Origin: a virus
Virus record (IMG/VR): IMGVR_UViG_3300025707_000004
Direction: 5' to 3' (one strand)
DNA length: 64,000 nt
A program made the position numbers and the translations under genes. The notes below the pieces were generated by a model, which worked only from the letters and a program-made list of their open reading frames with translations, had not been told where the DNA came from and made no database searches. This document shows, in pieces, positions 9,801-17,819 of this stretch; position 1 is the first letter of the stretch, and each line of letters starts with the position of its first letter.

Positions 9801-11216
9801 GAGATGCTGACCTTCAACAGCGCTGACGAGGTCGAGAGCCTCATCGGTCCGGTCACCCCGGAGAACCCGCTGGCGTTCGGTCTCGCGAAGGCGTTCCTCA
9901 ACCGGACCAACGTGAACATCTCTGCGATGGGTCTGGGGGAGGTCACTGCAGACGCCCCCAACGGTACGGTCGACGCTTACGCGCAGGCCCTGGACTTCCT
10001 CCGAAAGAAGGAGGTCTACGCCCTCGCCCCGCTCACGCAGGACGCGGAGGTCACCAAGCTCTTCAACCTGCACGTCACCGACATGTCGGCGGCGGTTCAG
10101 GGCAAGGAGCGCATCGCGTTCGTGAACGAGGCTCTGCCCACTGAGAAGGTCAGCACGCTGGTCATCTCGGGGTCGATGACCATCACCGACATCGGTGGTG
10201 GCAAGTTCGAGCTGGAGTTCGCCGACGAGACGCTCAACGTCTCCACCGCTATCGACGGCAAGCTGAACGCGGACGGCAATGCCCTCAGTGGTGCTGCCGG
10301 CACGGACTACACGCCGGACGACGGGGTCTACCTCGACCGCGCCGGTGATGCGTTCAAGTGGCTGGTGACCAAGGTGGTCAGCGCGACCGTCGTGCGAATC
10401 GACACCACCAACATCTACATCCCGGGCTTCGGTCCGGGTTCAGGTGGTAACGACGACAACTACTTCCGGACGACCGCAGCTGACCTTGACGACTTTGAGG
10501 TTGATGGGGAGACCTGCTCCATCCTGGTCCGTCAGGCAGCCGTCAAGACCAGCACGACGGCCGGACGGCTGGCTGTTTGCGAGACGATGGCGGAAATCAC
10601 GGGCGGAGCTACCGGTTACCAGAACCGGCGCTTGTTCTACACCCAGCCTGAGAAGGTCGGGACGGACAGCGCGGGCACGGAAATCGTGGTCCCCGGTTAC
10701 TACCTGTGTGCGGCCCAGGCGGCGATGGTGGCTCAGCTGCCCGCGCAGCAGCCGCACACGAACCTGCCGATGGTTGGTTTCACCCGGCCCATCGGGTCGA
10801 GTGACCTCTTCTCGGAAGACGAGATGGCTACCGCGGCTGCGGGTGGCGTGTTCTGGATTCTCCAGGATGCCCCCGGTGGTCCTCTGGCCTGTCGGCACCA
10901 GCTGTCGACGGACCTCAGCTCCATCAAGTCGCAGGAGCTGTCCATCACCAAGGCCATCGACATCTACGCCAAGGCCATTCGGGCTGCGACGAAGCGGATG
11001 ATTGGTCGCAACGTCATCGACAAGTCGTTGCTGGATGCGCTGAACATCTCCCTCCAGGCGGTGTCGGCGAACTACGCGGGTCCGAAGAAGGCCCTCGCAG
11101 CTGCTTCGGTGTCCAGCATCGCTCAGGATACGACTCGCCCGGATGGCGTTCTCGTGACCGTGGATACCATCACGTGGTACCCCTTCAACCGGCTGCGTCT
11201 CACGATTGTGGCCTAG
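6894..11216 (+). CDS. Contractile tail sheath protein with large insertion
   Basis: N-terminal 'RPSVEIDQ' and C-terminal sheath-like segment (PGYYLCAA...ELSITKAID...VTVDTITWYPFNRLRLTI). Confidence 0.85.
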   Translation: MAQLRRPSVEIDQQLSAAAPTVLEPDLVACIVGPCFQIVEPLDADGALNAKAQVLTGAVIRSSAAVGAAIAGSGKKLSIAVDGAPGQVINLPVTVGGATLSQEIVQNSINAQLTGATALFQDNKLVLATVTKGRSARLKLEVIAADAYTLLNLTADTETLGTDGYTGQDYEVGFGDLPSPMASIGEVAIDADDVTPYRYFAGTLQPFRDDASGNWNSFTGSASEFANVVTSLVNQPALGNLRTNLTGRSIPGSKTNTLVHTGREASIKIPLAHLAKGSGTEQWPDVTGLNWLNVEAIGLQNWRKDQANGVPGNFIGALGNAVNVKFTTVVGLDAGTAKFVYTSGTKTLDVQRQAVTVTYDALQTALDAGIGGMDTAKDLIVTLNFADGMGAVPFLPTAGLQAEWHCGGGEDAPNFKADHTTIVASITGAMPVEAADTAETELGISGKLSLSIHGGPWIDVDMSGVVVDAIHAVAGISCTSVAVFSPDDDNGDATVGKSINVLRISTTDGGLGPDSSLEIKADNDAILETLFGGFKSRTATLSGIGTAGGAGWQDARRRHVLAKANYNSRAGASRDGALVPGAQTIAYTGLTSPAFILCDVTLGALADHDGVLDVKHSAYDGGAGTVVSLAIDAFVGTPTLAEVVKEIDEQIQAEADPGGGDLDTFIGVSELNGRICFFDRKHVNGATIRLLSDAAGSTTAAFETALGGAAASFDQDATTVTNASCKIQDKGANFALRMIEVGHAFSNGVFPSTFTVTSESDLTDSVLSSVAGESAIVYSTGAVTITFSGENVLDRVVADDDELSLLLRFTGTGDATTSDTALTFRRVWANAFHSEQISYKGRLFTGGAAKVKPGDMMFNNGAILGRVVALNDFVIGGSTFTGGELVLSEFSVDNNKDLANWNIVAENLPDSVDRPDLAPEMVVDTLLERFVVKGGVNRDAAGIPMGGVAPVYVGYKALRKDVSAAAVSPEMLTFNSADEVESLIGPVTPENPLAFGLAKAFLNRTNVNISAMGLGEVTADAPNGTVDAYAQALDFLRKKEVYALAPLTQDAEVTKLFNLHVTDMSAAVQGKERIAFVNEALPTEKVSTLVISGSMTITDIGGGKFELEFADETLNVSTAIDGKLNADGNALSGAAGTDYTPDDGVYLDRAGDAFKWLVTKVVSATVVRIDTTNIYIPGFGPGSGGNDDNYFRTTAADLDDFEVDGETCSILVRQAAVKTSTTAGRLAVCETMAEITGGATGYQNRRLFYTQPEKVGTDSAGTEIVVPGYYLCAAQAAMVAQLPAQQPHTNLPMVGFTRPIGSSDLFSEDEMATAAAGGVFWILQDAPGGPLACRHQLSTDLSSIKSQELSITKAIDIYAKAIRAATKRMIGRNVIDKSLLDALNISLQAVSANYAGPKKALAAASVSSIAQDTTRPDGVLVTVDTITWYPFNRLRLTIVA

Positions 11217-11219
11217 GAC

Positions 11220-11234
11220 TATTAGCCGCTAATA
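11220..11234. repeat. TATTAG-N3-CTAATA palindrome (first of 13 clean copies)
   Basis: Other copies start at 15661, 20846, 22367, 27951, 34859, 37274, 39842, 43615, 52062, 53066, 57338, 60485. Confidence 0.9.
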
Positions 11235-11261
11235 CCTAGCGGTCTTGAGGAGACTCAGCAA

Positions 11262-11729
11262 ATGGCTTCTGATTCCTTCGGCGCTGCGAAGCGCCTTCCA
11301 GGCAAGCGGTTCCGCAGCGGCACCATGGGCGACGCCCTGAGTGAGGTCTACAAGGACGTCGAGGCGGGCTTCGTCGCGAGCGAGCTGAACGGCGTCGTGG
11401 TGCTCCAGCAGGACATCGCGGACGTTGCGACTGCAGACTACGACATCGCCATCACTGACGCGCTGACCCTGATTGACGTCATGGTCATCAAGACCGACGA
11501 CGCGGCGGGTGCCAACGACAACACGGTCACGGTGGTCACCGCCGCCGACGCGGACATCCACACGGCCATCAACATGACCGGTGGTGCGGACGGCGCGGTC
11601 TTCCGCATGTCGGCGGGGTACAACGACGCTACGGCACCCGTCGCTGCTGGTGGGCTCTTCCGTATCGAGCATGTCAAGGCTGGCGGCAATGCCGCTTGCC
11701 GTGTCTTGCTGACCTGCCGTCGCACCTAA
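11262..11729 (+). CDS. Hypothetical virion structural protein
   Basis: GAGGAG RBS; strong codon bias. Confidence 0.65.
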   Translation: MASDSFGAAKRLPGKRFRSGTMGDALSEVYKDVEAGFVASELNGVVVLQQDIADVATADYDIAITDALTLIDVMVIKTDDAAGANDNTVTVVTAADADIHTAINMTGGADGAVFRMSAGYNDATAPVAAGGLFRIEHVKAGGNAACRVLLTCRRT

Positions 11730-11733
11730 GCCG

Positions 11734-12501
11734 ATGCTGACTTCACGCAAGGTGTCGCTGCTTGAGAAGGTGGCTGCAGACAGCAAGACCTACGGCGATT
11801 ACCGGCGTGGGGCGGATTCGGCAAACGCTGAAAGCGCCAAGCTCCAGGCGCGCATCCAGAAGCAGGCCCCCGTCAAGGGGTCGAAGTCTTGGCACGCCCG
11901 CGGTAGCCTCAAGCGCGCCATTCAGCGACGGGGGCAGGTCCGGCTTCGTGGCAAGGCCCGCCGCTCGGCTGCTCGTGCTGCGCAGGCAAACGCGAACGTC
12001 CGGAGCTTCCCGAAGGCGCGGCGAGGCCACCAGTGGTCCGTCATACCGGACAAGAAGCCCCTGAAGCCCCACGTGGGCAAGGGTACTCTCGGGCAGCGTC
12101 GTGCTCAGGCAGGCTCGCCTGTCAGTGCGGGCTACAAGCTGCACAAGGACGAGAAGCGCCTCAAGCGCCACGTGGGCAAAGGCACGGCCGGTCAGCGGAT
12201 TGCCGAGGGGAACTACAAGGCCACCGAGGTCATGGGTCTCGTTCGGCGCGCTGCAGCCAACCGGAGCTACTCCCCGTGGAAGAAGCTCCAGGGCGAGCTG
12301 GCTGGTGCGAAGTCCAAGGGTCGGGAACTCGGTTCGTCGGTGATGGCAGCTAAGGCCAAGGCCAAGGCAACCGCCGCTGCAGCCAAGACAGCCCGCTATG
12401 GCGCTCCACCCTCACAGCCCGGCCCCGGCTGGTTCAAGAAGCTGACAGAACGCAAGAAGGCTCTGGGTACGCTCAGCCAAGCCTTGGCTGACAATAGTTA
12501 G
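11734..12501 (+). CDS. Highly basic protein with LEKVAA leader
   Basis: Starts MLTSRKVSLLEKVAA; internal duplicated 'HVGKGT'. Confidence 0.7.
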   Translation: MLTSRKVSLLEKVAADSKTYGDYRRGADSANAESAKLQARIQKQAPVKGSKSWHARGSLKRAIQRRGQVRLRGKARRSAARAAQANANVRSFPKARRGHQWSVIPDKKPLKPHVGKGTLGQRRAQAGSPVSAGYKLHKDEKRLKRHVGKGTAGQRIAEGNYKATEVMGLVRRAAANRSYSPWKKLQGELAGAKSKGRELGSSVMAAKAKAKATAAAAKTARYGAPPSQPGPGWFKKLTERKKALGTLSQALADNS

Positions 12502-12542
12502 AATCGTAGACTCAAAGAGAGCTGAAGAAGGAGCCTAAGGAA

Positions 12543-13325
12543 ATGGCTGAGGGACTCGCAGGGTGGAAGCCGTACTCCACACACGTACAGGGCGGCATCC
12601 CTGAGGGGAACTTCCTCAACGGAAAGTTCGTCCTCATCTGTGCAGGACCCCCCTTCTTCTCCCAGGTGGGCTTGCCCGCTGGTGAGGGAAGTGACCCGAA
12701 CCTCGCTGAGACGCTGGTGTTCCCCATCGGCATGACCCAGAACTGGGCTCTCAGCCAGAATCAGGCCATCACGCGCATCTTCGAGCTGGGCTCGGAGCGG
12801 TCGTACTTCATGACCGGCCGCAGCGTGGGCCAGATTTCGTTCGGGCGCATCATGTACCACGGGCCGTCGCTCTTGCGCTGCCTGACCGCGTACTACGACA
12901 CCCGCGCCGACGCGAACGTGGACGCCCATCAGGTGCGCCCACTCTTCGAGTCTGGTGGTGTTGGCGTCAATCCGTTCCTGACCGGCGCTGCCGGCGGACG
13001 GAGCCCGAGCCTGCACTCGGTGAAGGTGCCCCCGGGCTACGACAACATGTTCTTGAACTTGGCGTCCGACCTGTTCAGCCAGCCCATCGGGCTCCTGCTG
13101 GTCATGAAGGACAACCAGGAGAACAACGTCGCGTCGATGTACCTGGAGCAGTGCATGATTCCCCAGCACTCGATGGCGGTCGACGCCCAGGGTCTGGTCA
13201 TGCAGGAGTCGGTTGCCATCCAGTACGAGCGCATCCAGCCCATCCGGTTGGCCCAGCTCCAGCTGGCTGAGACCTTCTTGGCCCCTGATGCGACCGGCGG
13301 CTACCACGGCGGCCGTCTCGTCTAA
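12543..13325 (+). CDS. Tail tube protein
   Basis: PIGMTQNWALSQNQAITRIFELGS...QESVAIQYERI tube-like pattern; downstream of sheath. Confidence 0.75.
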   Translation: MAEGLAGWKPYSTHVQGGIPEGNFLNGKFVLICAGPPFFSQVGLPAGEGSDPNLAETLVFPIGMTQNWALSQNQAITRIFELGSERSYFMTGRSVGQISFGRIMYHGPSLLRCLTAYYDTRADANVDAHQVRPLFESGGVGVNPFLTGAAGGRSPSLHSVKVPPGYDNMFLNLASDLFSQPIGLLLVMKDNQENNVASMYLEQCMIPQHSMAVDAQGLVMQESVAIQYERIQPIRLAQLQLAETFLAPDATGGYHGGRLV

Positions 13326-13376
13326 GCTCGCCTGAAGGGCTCCCCCTTCGTCAGTTGAAAGACTTGGAGGTCTGAA

Positions 13377-13790
13377 ATGGATTGGGCAACACTTGGCTCG
13401 ACCGCAGCTTCGTATCTTCTCCCTATCTTGGAGATCGCGGCCATCATCATCGCCCGACTGGGCTACCAGTGGGTGAAGGCGCGCTTCAAGCTGGACATCT
13501 CCGAGCGCCAGGAAGAGCAGATTCGCCTGGGCATCCGCAATGGTGCCCGCGGTCTGGAGGAGATGGCTGCGAAGCAGCTCAAGGCCGACCCCGAGGGCGC
13601 TGGCATCGACAAGGCCAAGCTCCTGTGGGGCATGATTGAGAAGAAGTGGCCGGACCTCACCGGTGATGAGTTCGACGCCATGCTCAACGAGGAGCTGGCG
13701 TACATGGACGGCATGGGCGCTTCCGGTGGCGCTCAGGGGGTCATGCCCGAGGATGCTCCAGCTATCCTGGCCCCCGCAGGTGGACCATGA
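13377..13790 (+). CDS. Putative holin (LL-H-like, single N-terminal TM)
   Basis: GGAGG RBS; one TM followed by a charged helical domain. Confidence 0.45.
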   Translation: MDWATLGSTAASYLLPILEIAAIIIARLGYQWVKARFKLDISERQEEQIRLGIRNGARGLEEMAAKQLKADPEGAGIDKAKLLWGMIEKKWPDLTGDEFDAMLNEELAYMDGMGASGGAQGVMPEDAPAILAPAGGP

Positions 13791-14020
13791 CCCCCGCACG
13801 CAAAGCCGCCGTTCTTGAGAAGCTCGCCGCGGACAAGAAGAAGTCAAAGCGTGTCTGGGTGGCAGACAACCCAGTCAGCATCCTCGGCACCCCTGTCGGG
13901 CGTAGTTGGTACGGCAGCGACCTCCGGAAGAAGCTCCGTGCTGGCTCCCCTACTAAAGCGCAGCATGAGGCAGAAAAGCGGTTGGGGGTGGAAACGAGCG
14001 GGCACAAGTGGAACCCCTGA
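13787..14020 (+). CDS. Basic protein with LEKLAA leader
   Basis: Starts MTPARKAAVLEKLAA. Confidence 0.7.
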   Translation: MTPARKAAVLEKLAADKKKSKRVWVADNPVSILGTPVGRSWYGSDLRKKLRAGSPTKAQHEAEKRLGVETSGHKWNP

Positions 14021-14029
14021 GGACGTTTA

Positions 14030-14257
14030 ATGACGAACGCACGCAAAGCCGCCATCTTGGAGAAGCTCGCCGCGGGTATACTGCCTAAGCTGGTCCGCGC
14101 CGCCGTAAAAAAGACCCCGAAGAAGGTCCCGAAGAAGGTCCCGACGAAGCCCCCGGTTGCGAAGCCGCCCGCGCAGAGCAAGGAAGAGTTCACAAAAGCG
14201 CTCCGGGATAAGTTCCGTAAGGGCGACTACAACCGAGTAAAGATCGGTCTGACATGA
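14030..14257 (+). CDS. Basic protein with LEKLAA leader
   Basis: Starts MTNARKAAILEKLAA. Confidence 0.7.
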   Translation: MTNARKAAILEKLAAGILPKLVRAAVKKTPKKVPKKVPTKPPVAKPPAQSKEEFTKALRDKFRKGDYNRVKIGLT

Positions 14258-14904
14258 ACAACACCCGCAGAGCCGCCATCCTTGAGAAGCTCGCTGCTCC
14301 CTATTCCGCAGGCGGGGGTGAGCCCACCATTCCAGGGCGCATGCGCCCTGCACACGCTCGCAGAAACCTGACCCAACTCAAGAAGGCGCCACTCTCTGGT
14401 TCCGGTAAGATCGGGGTTATGGCTCGCGCAGGCGCTGTGCCGGGCCGGATAAGTCGGGGGGTCAAGAACCTCGCCTTCTCGAAAGGGCTTGACGGTCCTC
14501 GTGTCCGCCCTAGCCCCATGCCGGCGCGGTCCAAAACGAATCGGTACGGTGTGCCGCTCAACAAGACCGCTGGCCCGAAGCACGAGGGCGGTGGGATGAC
14601 ACTCCGCCATTCCGAGCAGTACTACCGCGGCAAGCGTGCTGACAGGGCTGCGATGGCTGCGAGCCGGCAGTCGAAGCGGCTGGTTGACAGCGCCGCGTCG
14701 TCGGATGCCATCTTCAAGGCGAACCGGAAGAATTACATGAGGGAGAGCGGAAACCAGGCCGCTGGGAGCCTCTCCAACGCACGGTACTGGAAGGGGCAGA
14801 GCCGGAAAAACACCGCCTCGGCTCGACAGTGGCGGGACAAGGCGAAGGGCTTCCGCAAGGAGAAGGGCCAAGCGCGGTTCACTATGAAGATGCTGAACAA
14901 GTAG
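14254..14904 (+). CDS. Basic protein with LEKLAA leader
   Basis: Starts MNNTRRAAILEKLAA. Confidence 0.7.
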   Translation: MNNTRRAAILEKLAAPYSAGGGEPTIPGRMRPAHARRNLTQLKKAPLSGSGKIGVMARAGAVPGRISRGVKNLAFSKGLDGPRVRPSPMPARSKTNRYGVPLNKTAGPKHEGGGMTLRHSEQYYRGKRADRAAMAASRQSKRLVDSAASSDAIFKANRKNYMRESGNQAAGSLSNARYWKGQSRKNTASARQWRDKAKGFRKEKGQARFTMKMLNK

Positions 14905-14915
14905 CGACCTGCGAG

Positions 14916-15320
14916 CTAATTCAGCTTCGAGAGCGTCCAGGCCCCGCTCAAGACGACCGCCATGCCGGTCACAACCCCCGCACCGTAGATGAAGCCCCCC
15001 GACTCCCACCAGTTGGTGTCGGGGATTTCCAGCGCTTTGTCCAGCAACCCGCTGAGGCGGGTGTTGAAGTCACTGTAGGAGTCGAGCTGCTTCTGGTAGC
15101 TGATGTCCTTTACCTCGCCTTCAGCCACACACTCCCCTAGCTGAGCGGCGGCTTCGGGTAGGCGGGTGTGCAGGCATTTGGCGGCCCTGCTTGCCTCAGC
15201 GTGCGGAAGCAGTAGGCCCTCACAGGGCGTGGTCACCGGCATGGCCTCGGTGCAAACCCCTTGGGCGTAGGCATGGGCCGGGCTCACGGCGAGTAAGACG
15301 GCAGTGAAGGTACGTAGCAT
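14916..15320 (-). CDS. Exported protein with signal peptide, Cys residues and C-terminal TM (spanin-like?)
   Basis: AHA/AYA signal-peptide end; coiled coil; C-terminal hydrophobic helix. Confidence 0.5.
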   Translation of the reverse strand: MLRTFTAVLLAVSPAHAYAQGVCTEAMPVTTPCEGLLLPHAEASRAAKCLHTRLPEAAAQLGECVAEGEVKDISYQKQLDSYSDFNTRLSGLLDKALEIPDTNWWESGGFIYGAGVVTGMAVVLSGAWTLSKLN

Positions 15321-15649
15321 CAGCTTTTCCCCAGCAGGTTGTCGTTCCAGAACTTGGCCAGCTCAACCGGCCCACCCTTGATAGCGTCGTCGACCTCTTT
15401 CTCTTCCGCGGCCAGTCGCGCATGGATGTGGTTGTACTCGGTCCAGATGGCCTGGAGCAGGGTGCTCTCCTCCTTCTGGGCTTCTGTGAGCCGGAGCTTG
15501 TGCTTTTCCTCCGCCACGTCCCGCTTCGCCTTGATGCCCCGCTTCTGTTGGTCCAGCGAGGCCCGGTACCAACGCCATGCGAAGACCGCCGCCACCAGCA
15601 TGAAGCCGATGAGGAGCCACCAGAAAATCGTCTTGAGCCAAGAGGGCAT
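15320..15649 (-). CDS. N-terminally anchored coiled-coil membrane protein (i-spanin-like?)
   Basis: GGAGG RBS; one TM plus coiled coil. Confidence 0.5.
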   Translation of the reverse strand: MPSWLKTIFWWLLIGFMLVAAVFAWRWYRASLDQQKRGIKAKRDVAEEKHKLRLTEAQKEESTLLQAIWTEYNHIHARLAAEEKEVDDAIKGGPVELAKFWNDNLLGKS

Positions 15650-15674
15650 GTCACCTCCATTATTAGCGGCTAAT

Positions 15675-15713
15675 AAAAAAAGAGAGGGGAGGTGCTATAG
15701 TCCCTCCCCCCTC
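15675..15713 (-). terminator. Intrinsic terminator ending the AAA/radical SAM operon
   Basis: GGGGAGG/CCTCCCC hairpin with U-tract on the - strand. Confidence 0.7.
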
Positions 15714-15737
15714 AACTGGACGCCCGACCAGGGGGGC

Positions 15738-16142
15738 TCAGGCGGCCAGCACTCGAAGCCTACCACCCTCTTCTGCGCGCAGCTCCGTGGAGAGCCCTTC
15801 CGACTCCAGGGCCTCTATGGCCGCGGTGAGGGTGTACCACTGCGCCAAGCCGTCTGGAAACCGGCGGTGCGAGTAGAGCGGGTTCTCACGGTGGAGCCAC
15901 CGAGCAATCCGCGGGCCGTCGTCCTCGTCTCCGCAGCACTCGAAGGTGCTCTGCGCTTCCGCGAACTCGAAGGTGATGGGGAGCATGCCGCCCCACACGC
16001 TCTTGTCGACCTTGAGGCCCGGGTGCTTCCGCATCTGGACGTCCTGAATCTCGGTATCGGGGAAGCCGAGCTTGACCAGGGTGCGCTTCAGCAGGTCGAG
16101 GTCGGTCAGGCGAGGAACGGTTATGCGTACGTACTTGCTCAC
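15738..16142 (-). CDS. DUF1257/Ycf35-like protein
   Basis: 'LTDLDLLKRTLVKLGF...AQWY...EEGGRLRV' pattern; context with DUF2997-like and AAA genes. Confidence 0.55.
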   Translation of the reverse strand: MSKYVRITVPRLTDLDLLKRTLVKLGFPDTEIQDVQMRKHPGLKVDKSVWGGMLPITFEFAEAQSTFECCGDEDDGPRIARWLHRENPLYSHRRFPDGLAQWYTLTAAIEALESEGLSTELRAEEGGRLRVLAA

Positions 16143-16813
16143 AGGCTCTTCTTTCTCGTGGCGGGGTCTTTAATCTCCCGCAGTACCTTGTCGGCCGGGA
16201 AGCCGGTGATGAGGGCGCCCCCTGTTGAGTCTACCAGGACGTCGACAGAGAAATGGCGCTTCAGGTCGCTGTCATTGAACCTCTCCCCGAAGAGGGTGAC
16301 CCGCTGGTTGCTGGAGGAGGCGTAGGTGTCCCCCTCGATGAGCCGATTCGCAATCTCGAACCGGCCAGAGATGAGCATGTCAATGTGCGTCATCAATAGC
16401 TCTTTCAGGCCCTGGGGGAAGAACCCGTCCAGCTCCTCCAGGGTGTACCCGGTGAAGACCACGATGTTCGGGGCCTGTCTAGCCCCACGCCGTGTGCGCA
16501 ACAGCGCCAGCAGGGTCAGGAACTCCTCGCCTTGCTGGAAAGGCTCGCCACCGGAGAAAGTGATTCCCTCCGCTTCCTCCTCATCGAGGCGGCGGAGGAG
16601 TTCCCGAGCGGAATAGTCCGTCTGGTAGGCGGTTACCCCTGTCCGTGCCTTCACCGACCACAGCTCTTTGTTGAAGCAGCCCCCACAGCCCAGGTCGCAG
16701 CCCTGGAAGTGGACCACCAGACGTTTCCCGGGGCCGTTGACGTTGAAGCTGGTGTTGATGCCACGGACCCGCAGGGTGTCTCCGGTTGTTCGGTAGGAAA
16801 GGGGGTTGGTCAA
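16139..16813 (-). CDS. Radical SAM protein (NrdG/activase-like)
   Basis: CxxxCxxC (CDLGCGGC), GITFSGGEPF, SSNQR. Confidence 0.85.
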   Translation of the reverse strand: MTNPLSYRTTGDTLRVRGINTSFNVNGPGKRLVVHFQGCDLGCGGCFNKELWSVKARTGVTAYQTDYSARELLRRLDEEEAEGITFSGGEPFQQGEEFLTLLALLRTRRGARQAPNIVVFTGYTLEELDGFFPQGLKELLMTHIDMLISGRFEIANRLIEGDTYASSSNQRVTLFGERFNDSDLKRHFSVDVLVDSTGGALITGFPADKVLREIKDPATRKKSL

Positions 16814-16992
16814 ACCTGGACTCCCGTCTCGACAGCCACCTCGTAGTACTCGTCCTTGTTGTCTTCGTCCCAGCCGGCACCATCGAGCGCCGCCTTGACG
16901 GCCTCGGTCACCTGCTCACAGGCAGGGCCGACGACGCCGCTGACCTCCATGGTGGCGTTGCCGTTCCTGTCTACGATGATTTCGATTTCCAT
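16810..16992 (-). CDS. DUF2997-like small protein
   Basis: MEIEIIVDRNGNATMEVSGVVGPACEQVT. Confidence 0.7.
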   Translation of the reverse strand: MEIEIIVDRNGNATMEVSGVVGPACEQVTEAVKAALDGAGWDEDNKDEYYEVAVETGVQV

Positions 16993-17819
16993 TCGTCCAG
17001 CGCCTTTATGTAGTGAGCACGTTTCCGCGCTAGTTGGTTTCTTGCGGCCCGGTAGCCCGGACCAAAGTTGGTGTTGGTTACGGGGTCCTTCCACCAAGCC
17101 CCTACGCGTAGGAAGAGCCCGGTGTGCTGCAGGTACATGAGCAGCTCGTATGTCTCGTCTATTCCCCGCCGCGGCCAGATGGACACCTTGGTCTCCGCGT
17201 CCTTTCGGGTGCGGCCGTTGGCTATGAGCAGGCGGACCCGCGCCCGTTGCTCAGCGAGCTGGCCGTAGATGGTCCTGAAGGACCCCTTTTGCATCTCGAT
17301 GGCGTGGTCCATATGGCAGCTGACGGTGTCGTGCAGGTAGGGGTGGATGCCATGCTCCATGCTCCAGCGCATCTGGTTTGCGACCACAACGAGGGCGCCA
17401 ACGGCTTTAGCCGTGGACCGGAGCATGGAGAGCCCCTGGTCTATTAGCCGCCGTTCTGCGTACGGGACGTGCGCCCACAGCGCGGTGTTGGAGGTCGCGG
17501 AGGTCACCAGTCCAGGGAGGTGGTCAATCAGGACGACCCGCACTCCCTCCTTCAGCATGTGGTAGGCCGTCTCGAAGCCAAGCTCCCCGGTACCGGGGAC
17601 GGCGATGATTGGGTCGACCCTCAGCTGGCGGAGCCACCTGGGGTCGGGGATGGTTGTGGCGACCAGACCGGTAGGCTCTGGCCGCGCTGTTTTCAGGATG
17701 GCTCTGCCCAGCGTGGATACACCCGAGTCAGGCATACCCCACATGGCGAGTACGCCCGGACGGAGTCCGCCCGCGACTACGGCGTCCAATACGCCGAGCC
17801 CCGTCCGGTACGTTCTCAT
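16971..17819 (-). CDS. RecA/UvsX-like protein with degenerate Walker A
   Basis: TGLGVLDAVVAGGL, GMPDSGVST (no Lys), VLID, ANQMR, GAWW. Confidence 0.7.
   Translation of the reverse strand: MRTYRTGLGVLDAVVAGGLRPGVLAMWGMPDSGVSTLGRAILKTARPEPTGLVATTIPDPRWLRQLRVDPIIAVPGTGELGFETAYHMLKEGVRVVLIDHLPGLVTSATSNTALWAHVPYAERRLIDQGLSMLRSTAKAVGALVVVANQMRWSMEHGIHPYLHDTVSCHMDHAIEMQKGSFRTIYGQLAEQRARVRLLIANGRTRKDAETKVSIWPRRGIDETYELLMYLQHTGLFLRVGAWWKDPVTNTNFGPGYRAARNQLARKRAHYIKALDEWKSKSS

Noticed and set aside
6894-13325. Tailocin/eCIS or T6SS locus in a bacterial chromosome
   Set aside because: Capsid and neck genes and a long run of phage-type small ORFs are present, with no housekeeping genes.
642-13847. Long antisense ORFs (642-2570, 2649-3272 GS-repeat, 12498-13847 and others)
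   Set aside because: Shadows of strongly codon-biased GC-rich genes on the opposite strand; no RBS or motifs.
16139-16813. Naming the gene nrdG
   Set aside because: The family resemblance is clear, but there is no NrdD in the window and the context is AAA/DUF2997/DUF1257.
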